Positions 28,602 through 38,529 of a DNA stretch of 64,000 nt are shown piece by piece (the first letter of the stretch is position 1; each line of letters opens with the position of its first letter). This stretch comes from Planctomycetota bacterium (GTDB lineage: Bacteria; Planctomycetota; UBA1135; UBA2386): the NCBI GenBank assembly GCA_965223545.1, contig OZ245006.1:6336001-6400000 (forward strand), in the 5' to 3' direction. Made by a program: the position numbers and the translations under genes. Below the pieces are notes generated by a model. The model made no database searches. It saw nothing but the letters and a program-made list of their open reading frames with translations, and was not told where the DNA came from.

Positions 28602-30407
28602 TCACCGCAGCGGCCATAGCCAGGGGATGACCGTGACGCCGACCGCGATCAGCAGCAGGTCGAGTGGCAGGCCGATCTTGACGAAGTTGCGGAATCGGTA
28701 GCCGCCTGGGCCGTAGACCATCAGGTTGGTCTGGTAGCCCATCGGGTTCGCGAACGACGAGCTCGCGCCGAGGGCGACGGCAAACACATAGGGCGCCACC
28801 GACAGCCCCTCCGCCACCGCCATCTCGTAGGCCAGAGGCGTCATCAGCACGGCGACGGCGTTGTTGGTCAAGAACTCGGTGAGCACTACGGTCGCGACGA
28901 ACGTCGCCAGCAACAGCCACCAGGCGTTGTCGGCGCCGGTGGGCAGCAGGCTGGTCAGGCCCTCGGCGATGGCGTGGGTCGTGCCGGTACTCGCCATCGC
29001 CTTGCTGAGCGCCAGCATGCCGGCGATGAACAGCACGATGGACCAGCGCACCGATTGGTGGGTCTGTCGCACGGTCAGACAGCCGGTGACGGTCATCGAC
29101 AGGGCGCCGATCAGCGCTGCGGTGCTGTGGTGCACCGCCCGGCTGACGAAGAGCACGACCACCAGGACGATGACACCGAACGCCCATGGCGCCTTGGTGC
29201 GGTGATAGATGCTCTCGTGCACGCCCTCGACGACGTGGAAGTCGGACGTCATCCGCAGGTAGGACTTGCTGCGGTCGTCCCCGAACACCAGCAGCACGTC
29301 CCCGCTCTGTAGCGTCATCGTCGAGGCGCGCTCGCGAATGTGCCGTCCGCTGCGCTGCACCGCGACCACCACCGCGCCATAGTCGGCCTTGAGGTGGACC
29401 TCGCCGACGCGCTTGCCAATCCACGCCGATGACGGTGCCAGTGCCAGCTCGAAGAAGGTCATCGTCGCCGGGTCGTAGCTGTCGCCGTCGGCGCCGGCTG
29501 CGCGGGACTCGCCCATCTGCAGCGAAGACAGGTCCTGGATCGACCCGCTCAGCATCAGGATGTCGCCGGGCTGGACTGTCAACTCCGTGAACGGCGGTCC
29601 GTGCAGCGCCTCGCCGCGCACCAGCATCATCGTCTTCGGCCCGATGTCGCTGCCGCCCGGGGTGGAGATCTCGTCGGCGCGTTGGCCCGCCAGTGGGCTG
29701 CCCTCGCTGACCCGGATCTCCATCACGTACTCCTTGAGGGCGCCGCCGGCCATCTGCGTCGACAGCGAGTGATGGCGGGGCAGCAGCCGGCGGCCGACGA
29801 GACCGAGATAGAGTATGCCGGCGCCGGCCATCGCGAGGCCGGCGGGCGTCAGCGTGAACATCTCGAACTCGGGCAGCGCGACTCCCGCGGTCAGCTGCGA
29901 TTCGAGGTCGTTCAGCGCGCCGCGCACCAGCAGGTTGGTCGAGGTGCCGACCAGAGTGCACATGCCGCCGAGGATCGAGGCGTACGACAGCGGGATCAGG
30001 AGTCGAGACGGGAAGAAGCCGCCGTCGCGGCAGATCGTCGTGATCACCGGCAAGAACGTGACCACGACCAGCGTGTTGTTGACGAACGCGGACAGGGTCG
30101 CCGCCAACACCATGACCATGAAGACGATGGCGCCCTCGGAGTTGCCGGTGCGATGCAGGATCGCGTCGGCGAGCATCGACGCCGCGCCGGTGCGCAAGAA
30201 GCCCTCGCCGACGATGAACAGCGCCGCGATGGTGACCAAGGCCGGGTTGGCGAGGCCGGCGATGGCCTCCTCGGCGCCGACCAGACCCGGGGTGGCCACC
30301 GCGACGATGAGAGTGATGCCCAGCACGCTCAGGTGGGCGCGTTCGAGCGCCAACAGCACGATCGTGCCGAGCGCCAACGCGATCACGTAGTACTGATCCC
30401 AGGTCAT
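28602..30407 (-). CDS. SLC13/CitMHS-type permease with two TrkA-C domains
   Basis: SAFVNNT, PLSYASILGGMCTLVGTSTNL, TrkA-C segments, TNNAVA, PMGYQTNLMVYGPGGYRF. Confidence 0.92.
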   Translation of the reverse strand: MTWDQYYVIALALGTIVLLALERAHLSVLGITLIVAVATPGLVGAEEAIAGLANPALVTIAALFIVGEGFLRTGAASMLADAILHRTGNSEGAIVFMVMVLAATLSAFVNNTLVVVTFLPVITTICRDGGFFPSRLLIPLSYASILGGMCTLVGTSTNLLVRGALNDLESQLTAGVALPEFEMFTLTPAGLAMAGAGILYLGLVGRRLLPRHHSLSTQMAGGALKEYVMEIRVSEGSPLAGQRADEISTPGGSDIGPKTMMLVRGEALHGPPFTELTVQPGDILMLSGSIQDLSSLQMGESRAAGADGDSYDPATMTFFELALAPSSAWIGKRVGEVHLKADYGAVVVAVQRSGRHIRERASTMTLQSGDVLLVFGDDRSKSYLRMTSDFHVVEGVHESIYHRTKAPWAFGVIVLVVVLFVSRAVHHSTAALIGALSMTVTGCLTVRQTHQSVRWSIVLFIAGMLALSKAMASTGTTHAIAEGLTSLLPTGADNAWWLLLATFVATVVLTEFLTNNAVAVLMTPLAYEMAVAEGLSVAPYVFAVALGASSSFANPMGYQTNLMVYGPGGYRFRNFVKIGLPLDLLLIAVGVTVIPWLWPLR

Positions 30408-30490
30408 CGGCGGTCTGCTGTTAGCGGTTGGGCTCCGTTCCTGTCAAGCGAACTCGGCGTTCGGCGCGGGATGCCCGCCCCCTGAGAACG

Positions 30491-31240
30491 TCAGTCGAAG
30501 GCCAGCTGCCAAAGCAGCCGGGCGAGGACCGCGACCGTGGTCACCAGCACCACGCCGCGGACCGCGGCGTGTCCCTTGTCGACGGCCCAGCGGCTGGCGA
30601 GGAAGCTGCCGGCACCGCAGCCCAGCGCGAGGATCACCGACGGGCCCCACACGACGTGGCCCGAGAGCGCGAGCACGGCGGTCGCCGAGACCGACGCGCA
30701 GATCACCAGCGCCATCTTCGCCGCGTTCACCTCGACGAGGTCGCGACTGTGCACCGCCGAGAGCGCGGCGATCGCCACCAGGCCGGTGCCGACCTGCAGA
30801 AAGCCCATGTGCGCACCGACGGCGACGAAGAGGAGCGGGGCGGCCCACTGCGCGCCGCTCCGCGGGCGGACGCGCGGCGGGCGCAGCTGTTGCCACAGCA
30901 CCACGCTGAGCACGGTGACCAGGGCCGTGCGGTACACCCAGACCGGCAGGGTGATGGCCAGGGCGGCGCCGGCGAGGGCGCCCGGGATCGTCATCGCGCC
31001 GTACAGCCAGGCGCGGCGGGGAATGGCGCGGCCGCGGGAGCGGAATCCCAGCCATCCGCTGAGCCCGATCGCCACCGCGCTGAGGCGCAGGCTGGCGTTG
31101 GCTTGCAGCGGCGTCAGCGACGCGGCCTCTTCGAGACCGACCAGGCCGAGTGCACCGGCGGCGCCGGCGAGGTTGTTGATCGCGCCCATGGCGAGGCCGC
31201 AGGCGACGAGGACCAGGACCGCGAACGGGCCCAGCATCAC
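30491..31240 (-). CDS. TauE/SafE (TSUP) family transporter
   Basis: Multi-TM; GAINNLAGAAG, GFLQVGTG, NAAK. Confidence 0.8.
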   Translation of the reverse strand: MMLGPFAVLVLVACGLAMGAINNLAGAAGALGLVGLEEAASLTPLQANASLRLSAVAIGLSGWLGFRSRGRAIPRRAWLYGAMTIPGALAGAALAITLPVWVYRTALVTVLSVVLWQQLRPPRVRPRSGAQWAAPLLFVAVGAHMGFLQVGTGLVAIAALSAVHSRDLVEVNAAKMALVICASVSATAVLALSGHVVWGPSVILALGCGAGSFLASRWAVDKGHAAVRGVVLVTTVAVLARLLWQLAFD

Positions 31241-31328
31241 CGACGGCGCCGCCGTGGATCCGCGCCCCGCTTCTGCGGCGAGGGGGCTCGGCGGGGCGGC
31301 CTCACGACAGCGGCTGTTGTCGCGACGC

Positions 31329-32315
31329 TCAAGTCAGCAGATCGGCGATCGCGGCGCGCTCTTCGACCAGCTCCGCGACGCTGGCGTCGATCTTGCCGCG
31401 GGCGAACTCGTCGATGGCCAGGCCCTGCACGATGCTCCAGTTGCCGCTCCCGTCGGTGCGGCACGGGAACGAGCAGATCAGGCCCTCCGGCACGTCGTAG
31501 CTGCCGTCCGAGCGCACGCAGAGCGACGTCCATTCACCGTCCGCGGTGGGCTGGTACAGCGCGCGGGCGTGATCGATCGCCGCGTTGGCGGCCGACAGGG
31601 CCGACGACTTGCCGCGCGCCTCGATGATGGCCTTGCCGCGCTCCTGCACCGTCGAGATGAACGGGCCGCGCAGCCAGTCGTCATCGCCGATCACCTGCGC
31701 GGCGGGCTCGCCGCCGATCGTGGCGTGCATCCAGTCGGGGTACTGGGTGTTGCTGTGGTTGCCCCAGATGATGGTGTTGCGCACCGCGCTCCAGTGGACC
31801 CCGGCCTTCTCTGCCAGCTGTGCGTCGGCGCGGTTCTGGTCGAGCCGGGTCATCGCCGAGAAACGGTCGTCGGGGACTCCCGCTGCGCTGTGCATGGCGA
31901 TCAGGCAGTTCGTGTTGCACGGATTGCCGACCACGATGGCGCGCACGTCGGGTCCGGCGGCTTCGGCGATCGCCCGGCCTTGGCCGGTGAAGATCGGACC
32001 GTTCTCGGTGATCAGATCCTTGCGCTCCATGCCCTTGCCGCGCGGCTTGCTGCCGACCAGCAGCACGAGATCCGCATCCTTGAAGGCCTCGGCCGGCTGG
32101 TCCGAGCACTGCACGCTTTGCAGCAACGGAAATGCGCAGTCGAGCAGCTCCATCCTCACCCCGGCGAGCGCCGGCAGCACCGGCGTGATCTCCAGCAGCT
32201 GCAGGTGCACCGGCACGTCGGGGCCGAAGATGTCGCCGTGGGCGATGCGCGGTAGCAGGCTGTAACCGATCTGTCCGGCGGCGCCGGTGACCGCGATGCG
32301 CTTGGCTTGGCTCAT
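31329..32315 (-). CDS. mdh: Malate dehydrogenase
   Basis: [61 protein letters not shown]; start trimmed to ATG 32315. Confidence 0.96.
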   Translation of the reverse strand: MSQAKRIAVTGAAGQIGYSLLPRIAHGDIFGPDVPVHLQLLEITPVLPALAGVRMELLDCAFPLLQSVQCSDQPAEAFKDADLVLLVGSKPRGKGMERKDLITENGPIFTGQGRAIAEAAGPDVRAIVVGNPCNTNCLIAMHSAAGVPDDRFSAMTRLDQNRADAQLAEKAGVHWSAVRNTIIWGNHSNTQYPDWMHATIGGEPAAQVIGDDDWLRGPFISTVQERGKAIIEARGKSSALSAANAAIDHARALYQPTADGEWTSLCVRSDGSYDVPEGLICSFPCRTDGSGNWSIVQGLAIDEFARGKIDASVAELVEERAAIADLLT

Positions 32316-33316
32316 GGCGTCATTCCAGCGCCTCGCGGAGCGTGGGTCCAGCGCGGAGATCGGCGCCGAAGGCGATGGCGGACCCAACGCGCGAGCCCCA
32401 GCAGCTGGGCGGGGACCATGCCGCGCAGGTGGGCTGCATAGGCCAGGGCGGCGGCCAGCGAACCGGCGCGGGCCCGGTGGCGCCGCGCGATGCGCAGCAG
32501 GTCGAGCGCGACCAGCACGGCCAGCGCCAGCCAGTAGAGGCCGCCGAGCCAGAAGCCGGCGACCACCGCCGCGGTCGCGAGCGCCGCGAGCAGCAGGTTC
32601 TTGGTGGTGCGCATCTTCAGCAGTGGAACGCCCAAGCGCCGCTTGGCCCCGATCTGCTCGGCACACGACACGCCGGTAGCGATGCAACGCCGCCAGTAGG
32701 CGCCGAAGCGGTGCAGGTCGATGTCGTGCCGCGCCATCAGCAGCGGCAGCTGCACGATCCGGTAGCCCCGGCGGCGGAGCTCGAGCGCGAGCAGCGGCTC
32801 CTCTCCCGAGAGGGCCTCCTCCGGGAAGCCGCCGGCCTCTTCGAGGCACGCGCGGCGGACCATCGCGATGCCGCCGAACGCGTCGGCCTCGCCGTCGCCG
32901 CGCGGCCAGTCAAGGTGGGCGAACAGGTTGTAGAGCGAGGCCTCCGGCCGGACCTCGTCGAGCCAACCGAACACCGCCGCGACGTCGCCCTCGGCCATCG
33001 CCGCGATGGCGTGGCGAGTCCACTCGGGCGTCAGCAACGCGTCGCCGTCGACGAACTGGATCAGCTCACCGCGCGCCGCGCGCCAACCCGTGTTGCGGCC
33101 CTTGGCCGCGTTGGGTCGGGGATCGTCGACGGTCAGGACGCGGACTCCGGCGGCGGTCGCGATCTCGACCGACCGGTCCGTCGAGTGGCTGTCGACGTAC
33201 AAGATCTCCACGCTGGCGGTCGTATCCTGGGCCTGGATCGCCGCCAGGCATTCCGCCAGACGGGCCTCCTCGTTGCGCCCGATGACCACAAACGAAACAC
33301 GCACGCCGTTCACCAT
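32312..33316 (-). CDS. Glycosyltransferase family 2
   Basis: [29 protein letters not shown]-terminal TM helices. Confidence 0.9.
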   Translation of the reverse strand: MVNGVRVSFVVIGRNEEARLAECLAAIQAQDTTASVEILYVDSHSTDRSVEIATAAGVRVLTVDDPRPNAAKGRNTGWRAARGELIQFVDGDALLTPEWTRHAIAAMAEGDVAAVFGWLDEVRPEASLYNLFAHLDWPRGDGEADAFGGIAMVRRACLEEAGGFPEEALSGEEPLLALELRRRGYRIVQLPLLMARHDIDLHRFGAYWRRCIATGVSCAEQIGAKRRLGVPLLKMRTTKNLLLAALATAAVVAGFWLGGLYWLALAVLVALDLLRIARRHRARAGSLAAALAYAAHLRGMVPAQLLGLARWVRHRLRRRSPRWTHAPRGAGMTP

Positions 33317-33388
33317 GGGATGATCGAGCGGCGGCCGCCCTGGACTTGCGCAAACGCACGGCGCAAACGCGCGGACCAGCGCCCGGCG

Positions 33389-33787
33389 CTATTGTCGCAG
33401 CTTCAGCGGGAAACGCGGCTCTTCTTCTTGGCCGCTGGGGTGGCCGTGCGACACCGTGGCGTCGTCCTCCTGCCAGCAGAACACCAGGTCGTCCCCCTGG
33501 GTCCGCCCTGGAAAGTGCACGACCAGCGGGTTGATACGCAGTACCGTGAGATGGTGCCGCTCGAGTTCCTGGCACGCGCGGTGGATGCCGTCCTCCGCCT
33601 CGCAGATGCGCGCACTGAGATCGGCGATCGCGACGCTGAGCCCCTCCGGCGTCGGCGCGTGCTCGAACTCGTCCCGGCGGCGGACCAGTCGGGACCGCTG
33701 GCGCCGGCGCTCCATGATCTCGGCCGAGATCGCGCGCACCAGCGGCAGCATCGCGTTGCACTCAGCCAGGGAGAATCGGGGGGTCAT
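33389..33787 (-). CDS. DUF2203-like protein
   Basis: FSLAECNAMLPLVRAI, coiled coil, VHFP, FCWQ..V.HGH. Confidence 0.75.
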   Translation of the reverse strand: MTPRFSLAECNAMLPLVRAISAEIMERRRQRSRLVRRRDEFEHAPTPEGLSVAIADLSARICEAEDGIHRACQELERHHLTVLRINPLVVHFPGRTQGDDLVFCWQEDDATVSHGHPSGQEEEPRFPLKLRQ

Positions 33788-34129
33788 CGCGGGCCTCGGT
33801 TCGGTGTGTGTCTCGGAGTCGGGGGGCCGGCAAGTCGGGGAGCAGCAACGTCCGTGCCGCAGCCGCGGATCATCGCCTCTCGCCGATAGTGACGGGGCAC
33901 CTTCCTGTAACCGACGTCGAATAGGCCGGCCTTGTTTCTCCCGGCCAGCCAAAAATTGGCCGGCGCCATCTTTCTCGGATCTCGGGCGGTGTCGCTTCGC
34001 CGTCGGCTCGGGTCGCGGTGCACGGAATCCCGATAGGCGAGACCGAGGACCGGGTTGGCGATAGGAGTAATGGCGGCGTCCGCCGATCCACTCGGCGAAT
34101 CCCCTTGCACCCGGCTCCGGCGTTTCCCG

Positions 34130-35704
34130 ATGGCTCGATTACCCAACCTCCGCTCGAACCCCTTCGACCTGCACGGTCGCGAGGTCGATCTGTTGATCGT
34201 CGGCGGGGGGATCCACGGCGCGGCGTTCGCCCGGGAGGCGGCGGTGCGCGGCGCGTCGGTCGCGTTGGTCGAGCGCTCGGACTTCGTCGCCGGCACGAGC
34301 GCGCGCAGCTCGCGGTTGATCCACGGCGGTGTGCGCTACCTCGAGCAAGGCCACATCCGACTGGTGCGCGAGGCGCTGCGGGAACGCGAGCGGTTGCTGC
34401 GCGGCGCGCCCCACCTGGTGCGACCGCTGCCGATGTTGATGCCGTTCTACGCGGGGGCGGGCAAGGCGGCGTGGAAGCTGCGGTTGGGGCTGAAGCTGTA
34501 CGACGTGCTCGCCGGGCGCAGCACGATGCCGCGCTCGCGCGCGTACCGGGCAAAGGACTGTCTGCGGCTCTTCCCGGGGCTGCGGGCCGAAGGCTTGCGC
34601 GGCGGGGTGCTCTACTACGACGCGGCCACCGAGGACGTGCGGCTGACCACGGCGGTGCTGCTCGCCGCGGCGGAGGCCGGCGCCACCCTGTGCAACTACG
34701 TCGAGGTCGTCGGCGCCGCGGACGGCGCGGTGCACCTGCGCGAGCAGCGCAGCGGCGCCGACCTGCGCGTCCACGCCCGCTGCGTCGTCAACGCCACCGG
34801 GCCGCGCGTGGATGCACTGCGCGCGCGCCTCGGCATCGACGGCCCCGACCTGGTGCGGGCCAGCCGGGGCAGCCACCTGGTGCTGCCGCCGCTCGGCATC
34901 GAGACCGCGCTGGCGGCGTTCCTGTCCGACGGGCGGATCCAGTTCGTCGTACCGCACCCCACCGGCACGCTGCTCGGCACGACCGAGGTCGCCGGTCGGC
35001 CGGCCGAGGACGAGCCGGGGGTGCCCGACGAAGATGTCGACTACCTGCTGGGCGCCGCCGCCCAGCTGCTGGCCCGGCCACCGGGCCGCGGCGACGTCCT
35101 CAGCGCGTACTGCGGGTGGCGCTCGCTGCCGGCCGGCACCGGCCCCGCCGGGCAGCTCAACCGCGAGGCCTATCTGGTCGAGGAGCGCAGCGCCGCCGGG
35201 CCGGTGCACAGCGTGGTCGGCGGCAAGCTCACCACGCACCGCGCGTTCGCCGAGCGCGGCGTCGGCCAGCTGCTCGGCGTGACGGGCGCATCGCCGACGC
35301 GCACCGCGCCGCTGCCGGGTGGCGCCGGTCCGCGCGAGCCCGAGGATCCCCTGTGGTGGCGCTACGGTTGTGAGGCAGCGGCCGTGCGCGCGCTGGCACA
35401 CGGCTCGCCGGAGCTGCTGCAGCCGTGCTGTCCGCACCGCGAGGTGCTGGGCGTGGAGGTCGTTTGGGGAGTGCGGCGCCTGGGCGCGGTGCAGTTCAGC
35501 GACCTGCTGTTGCGCCGGCTGTTCGACGTGCGGGGGCCGTGTCTCGTGCCCGAGTGCTTGGCCGCGATGCACGCGCTGTTCGCGGCCGAGGGCGATCTGA
35601 CGGCGGCCGCGGGCTACGATGCCGACGTCGCGGCGCTGCGCGCCGAGCTCGACGCGCAGCTCGGCGCGGTCGCGGCACCGTCATGCACGCCGATCTCCCC
35701 GTAG
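34130..35704 (+). CDS. glpD: FAD-dependent glycerol-3-phosphate dehydrogenase/oxidase
   Basis: DLLIVGGGIHG, GTSARSSRLIHGGVRYLE, VVNATGP, SRGSHL, GGKLTTHR. Confidence 0.9.
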   Translation: MARLPNLRSNPFDLHGREVDLLIVGGGIHGAAFAREAAVRGASVALVERSDFVAGTSARSSRLIHGGVRYLEQGHIRLVREALRERERLLRGAPHLVRPLPMLMPFYAGAGKAAWKLRLGLKLYDVLAGRSTMPRSRAYRAKDCLRLFPGLRAEGLRGGVLYYDAATEDVRLTTAVLLAAAEAGATLCNYVEVVGAADGAVHLREQRSGADLRVHARCVVNATGPRVDALRARLGIDGPDLVRASRGSHLVLPPLGIETALAAFLSDGRIQFVVPHPTGTLLGTTEVAGRPAEDEPGVPDEDVDYLLGAAAQLLARPPGRGDVLSAYCGWRSLPAGTGPAGQLNREAYLVEERSAAGPVHSVVGGKLTTHRAFAERGVGQLLGVTGASPTRTAPLPGGAGPREPEDPLWWRYGCEAAAVRALAHGSPELLQPCCPHREVLGVEVVWGVRRLGAVQFSDLLLRRLFDVRGPCLVPECLAAMHALFAAEGDLTAAAGYDADVAALRAELDAQLGAVAAPSCTPISP

Positions 35705-37095
35705 CGCCCGACCTGCCGGACCATCGCACCTGGCTGAACACCCCGCGGCCACTCTCGCTGTACGGAGAGCTCTGGGGGCACGTCGTGGTCATCTGCTTTT
35801 GGAGCCGCAGCGATGAGCACTCGTGGGTCGTCCTGCGCCAGCTCGGGCAGATCGCCGCCGAGCTCGGGACCCGGCCCTTCGTCGTCGTCACCGTGCACGC
35901 ACCGGTGTTCCCCTGTGATGCCGACGAGGATGCCGTGCGGCGGGCCATCGTCGAGCGGCGCATGCGGCTGCCGGTGCTGATCGACGAGGGCAACGCGGTG
36001 TGGTCCGCCTACGAGTGCCGTTCGTGGCCGACGGTGCTGGTGCTCGACGGCGAGGCCCGGGTCTGTTTTCGCGGCGCCGGCGAGCTCGACGTGGACCGCC
36101 TCCAGCGCGGCCTGCGGGGCCTCCTGGACGACGCCGAGCAGCAGGGGCTCTTGGTCGGTGCCCACCTGCCGCCGGTGGCGCCGCCGGCTGCGCCACCGGC
36201 CGGCGGCCTTTGCGACCCCGGCCAGCTGACGTTCGACTCCGAGCGGGGGTGGCTGTGGTTGGCGGAGACCGGGCGCGCCCGCGTCTTGGCCTTCGACGCG
36301 AGCGGCGCCCCGCGCGCCGTGCTCGGTGGTCCTGAGGTCGGCGCTGAGGTCGCCCTGCACTTGCCGGCCGAAGTCGTCGGCTGGCGTGCTCCCACCGGCG
36401 TCGCGGTTGCCGGTGACCGGTTGTTCGTCAGCGATCGGGAGGGCGGGGTGTGGTCGGTGGACCTGCGTGGTCGTACCGCGCAGCTGCTGCCGATGCCACG
36501 CGAGTTGCACGTGCCGATCGGACTGGCGTTCGGTGACGCGGGGCTGTTGGTGGCCGCCGCGGGCAACCATCAGATCTGGCGGTGGGATGCCGCGTCTGGG
36601 CACGCGAGCGTGTGGGCCGGGACCGGCCGCGCCCGGCATGCCGATGGCGACCGCGAGACGTGCGGGTTCGTCCAGCCGGTCGCGGTCGCGGTCGCCAACG
36701 ACGGTGCCGTCGCGGCGGTCGACGCCCTGGCGAGCGCGTTGCGCGTCGTCGACGCGGCGGGCGCGCGGGTCGAGACCCTGGTCGGCCGCGACGATGCCGC
36801 GTTCGGCGACGCCGACGGTGGCGGTTCGGTCCCGCGGTTGCAGTGGCCCGGCGCGGTGTGCGCGTTGCCGGATGGATGGGCCGTCGTCGATCGCGGCAAT
36901 CACAAGCTGCGGGTGTGGGCCGAAGCAGACCGGACGATGCGCACGGTCTTGGGGCCGGCGCATGGCATGCGCGACCCGCGCGGGGTCGGCTGCGACGGCA
37001 CTGCGTTGTGGGTGGTGTGTGGCGACGCGGAGGGGCTGGTCCGGGTCGGGCTGGCGGACGGCGCGGTGGACGAGGTGGCCGTGGCGCTACCGTGA
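35683..37095 (+). CDS. Thioredoxin-like domain plus NHL repeats (NHLRC2-like)
   Basis: WLNT.RPLSL..L.G.VVV..FW, VH.P.F, WPT..VLD; NHL-like AGNHQIW, F.QP..V, LQWP..V, DRGNHKLR. Confidence 0.82.
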   Translation: MHADLPVAPDLPDHRTWLNTPRPLSLYGELWGHVVVICFWSRSDEHSWVVLRQLGQIAAELGTRPFVVVTVHAPVFPCDADEDAVRRAIVERRMRLPVLIDEGNAVWSAYECRSWPTVLVLDGEARVCFRGAGELDVDRLQRGLRGLLDDAEQQGLLVGAHLPPVAPPAAPPAGGLCDPGQLTFDSERGWLWLAETGRARVLAFDASGAPRAVLGGPEVGAEVALHLPAEVVGWRAPTGVAVAGDRLFVSDREGGVWSVDLRGRTAQLLPMPRELHVPIGLAFGDAGLLVAAAGNHQIWRWDAASGHASVWAGTGRARHADGDRETCGFVQPVAVAVANDGAVAAVDALASALRVVDAAGARVETLVGRDDAAFGDADGGGSVPRLQWPGAVCALPDGWAVVDRGNHKLRVWAEADRTMRTVLGPAHGMRDPRGVGCDGTALWVVCGDAEGLVRVGLADGAVDEVAVALP

Positions 37096-37209
37096 ACGAG
37101 CGGCGGGTGGGTCTCAGCGCGGCCACGGCCGCAACCAAACTCGGATGCCGGTCTTGCCGGCGCGGTCTGGAAGGCCCGACACATCCGCCGCCGCGCTGAG
37201 CCCGGAAGC

Positions 37210-38343
37210 TCAAAAACGAACGCTCTGTAGGGTGCCGTCCGGTCGCAGGACGCTGAAGTCGGCGCGCTGACCGACGGCGATCCGGCCGCGGTCGTCCAGC
37301 CCGAGGACCGCCGCCGGATTGGTGGAGATCGCGGCAGCCAGCTGCACCGGGTCGGCGCCGACGGCCGCGGCGAAACGCCGGGCGGCCTCGCTCATCGTCA
37401 GCGCGGCGCCGGCGAGGGCGCCGCGCGCGTCGCGCACGACCCCGTCGCGGTGCTCGACCGGCGCACCGCCGAGCGTGTAGGACCCGTCGGGCATGCCGGC
37501 GGCGCCGACGCTGTCGGTGACCAGCACGGTGCGGGCGGTCCCCAGGCAGCGCCACGCGACGCGCAGCATGCCGGGGTGCACGTGCACGCCGTCGGCGATC
37601 AGCGATGCCCGCAGGCGATCGTCGGTCAACGCCAGTCCCGCCAGCCCCGGCGCGCGATGATGCAGCGGGTCGCTGGCGTTGAACAGGTGGGTGACCAAGC
37701 CGGCGCCCGCCGCCACGCACGCGTCGACCGCGTCCGGGTCTCGCGCCGTGCCATGGCCGAGCGCGACCGCCACGCCCGCTGCGCGCAGCGCGGTGACGGC
37801 GTCCGCCGCGCCGGACCGGTCGGGAGCCAGGGTCACCAGGGCCAGCTGGCCCTGGGCGGCGGCCAGCAGTTCTTCGATCCGGGCTTTGGTCGGATCGCAC
37901 AGCGCGTCCGGCGGGTGTGCGCCGGGAACGCTGAGGAAGGGACCTTCGAGGTGCAGGCCGAGCGGAGTGGCCTGGGTCGTGCCCCCGGGGTGCGCCGCAA
38001 TCCACCGGGCCACCGCCTCGACCTGGGCGCAGAGTCGCTCCCAGGGCGCGGAGATCAGGGTGGGGGCGAAGGCGACCGCGCCACCGCGCCACACCTGCGC
38101 GGCGACGGCGGCGAGGGCCGCGGGATCGGCCTCGTCGACGGCGTGCCCGCCGGCGCCGTTGACCTGTAGATCGATGGCTCCGGGCAAGAGAGTGCCCTCG
38201 ATCCGAACCCGATGCGCCGTGCGGGCTGCGGGAGAGGTCGTGATCGCGCGGATCCGGTGTTCCTCGATCAAGAGATGCGGGCTCTCCAGCAGGCGGCCAT
38301 CGACGGCGGCCACATCAGCGGTGAGGAGCACTGTTTCGCCCAT
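37210..38343 (-). CDS. nagA: N-acetylglucosamine-6-phosphate deacetylase
   Basis: PGAIDLQVNG, GLHLEGPFL..PGAH, VTLAP, ALGH, THLFNA, IADGVHVHP, LVTDS. Confidence 0.93.
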   Translation of the reverse strand: MGETVLLTADVAAVDGRLLESPHLLIEEHRIRAITTSPAARTAHRVRIEGTLLPGAIDLQVNGAGGHAVDEADPAALAAVAAQVWRGGAVAFAPTLISAPWERLCAQVEAVARWIAAHPGGTTQATPLGLHLEGPFLSVPGAHPPDALCDPTKARIEELLAAAQGQLALVTLAPDRSGAADAVTALRAAGVAVALGHGTARDPDAVDACVAAGAGLVTHLFNASDPLHHRAPGLAGLALTDDRLRASLIADGVHVHPGMLRVAWRCLGTARTVLVTDSVGAAGMPDGSYTLGGAPVEHRDGVVRDARGALAGAALTMSEAARRFAAAVGADPVQLAAAISTNPAAVLGLDDRGRIAVGQRADFSVLRPDGTLQSVRF

Positions 38344-38529
38344 GCCGCACATCTTGCGCGGCGGCGCCGCATGTTGCGCGTCGGGGTGCGGAATCCCCGA
38401 CAGGAGCCGCCGATACGGCGCTACGGACACTGTTCCGCTCGACCGCACAAAGCCCCTTGTCATGGTCGGCAGAGTTGCGGGAATGTCGCTAGGATGTCCC
38501 GCGTCCGTCCCCGACGGAGGAGACACACG

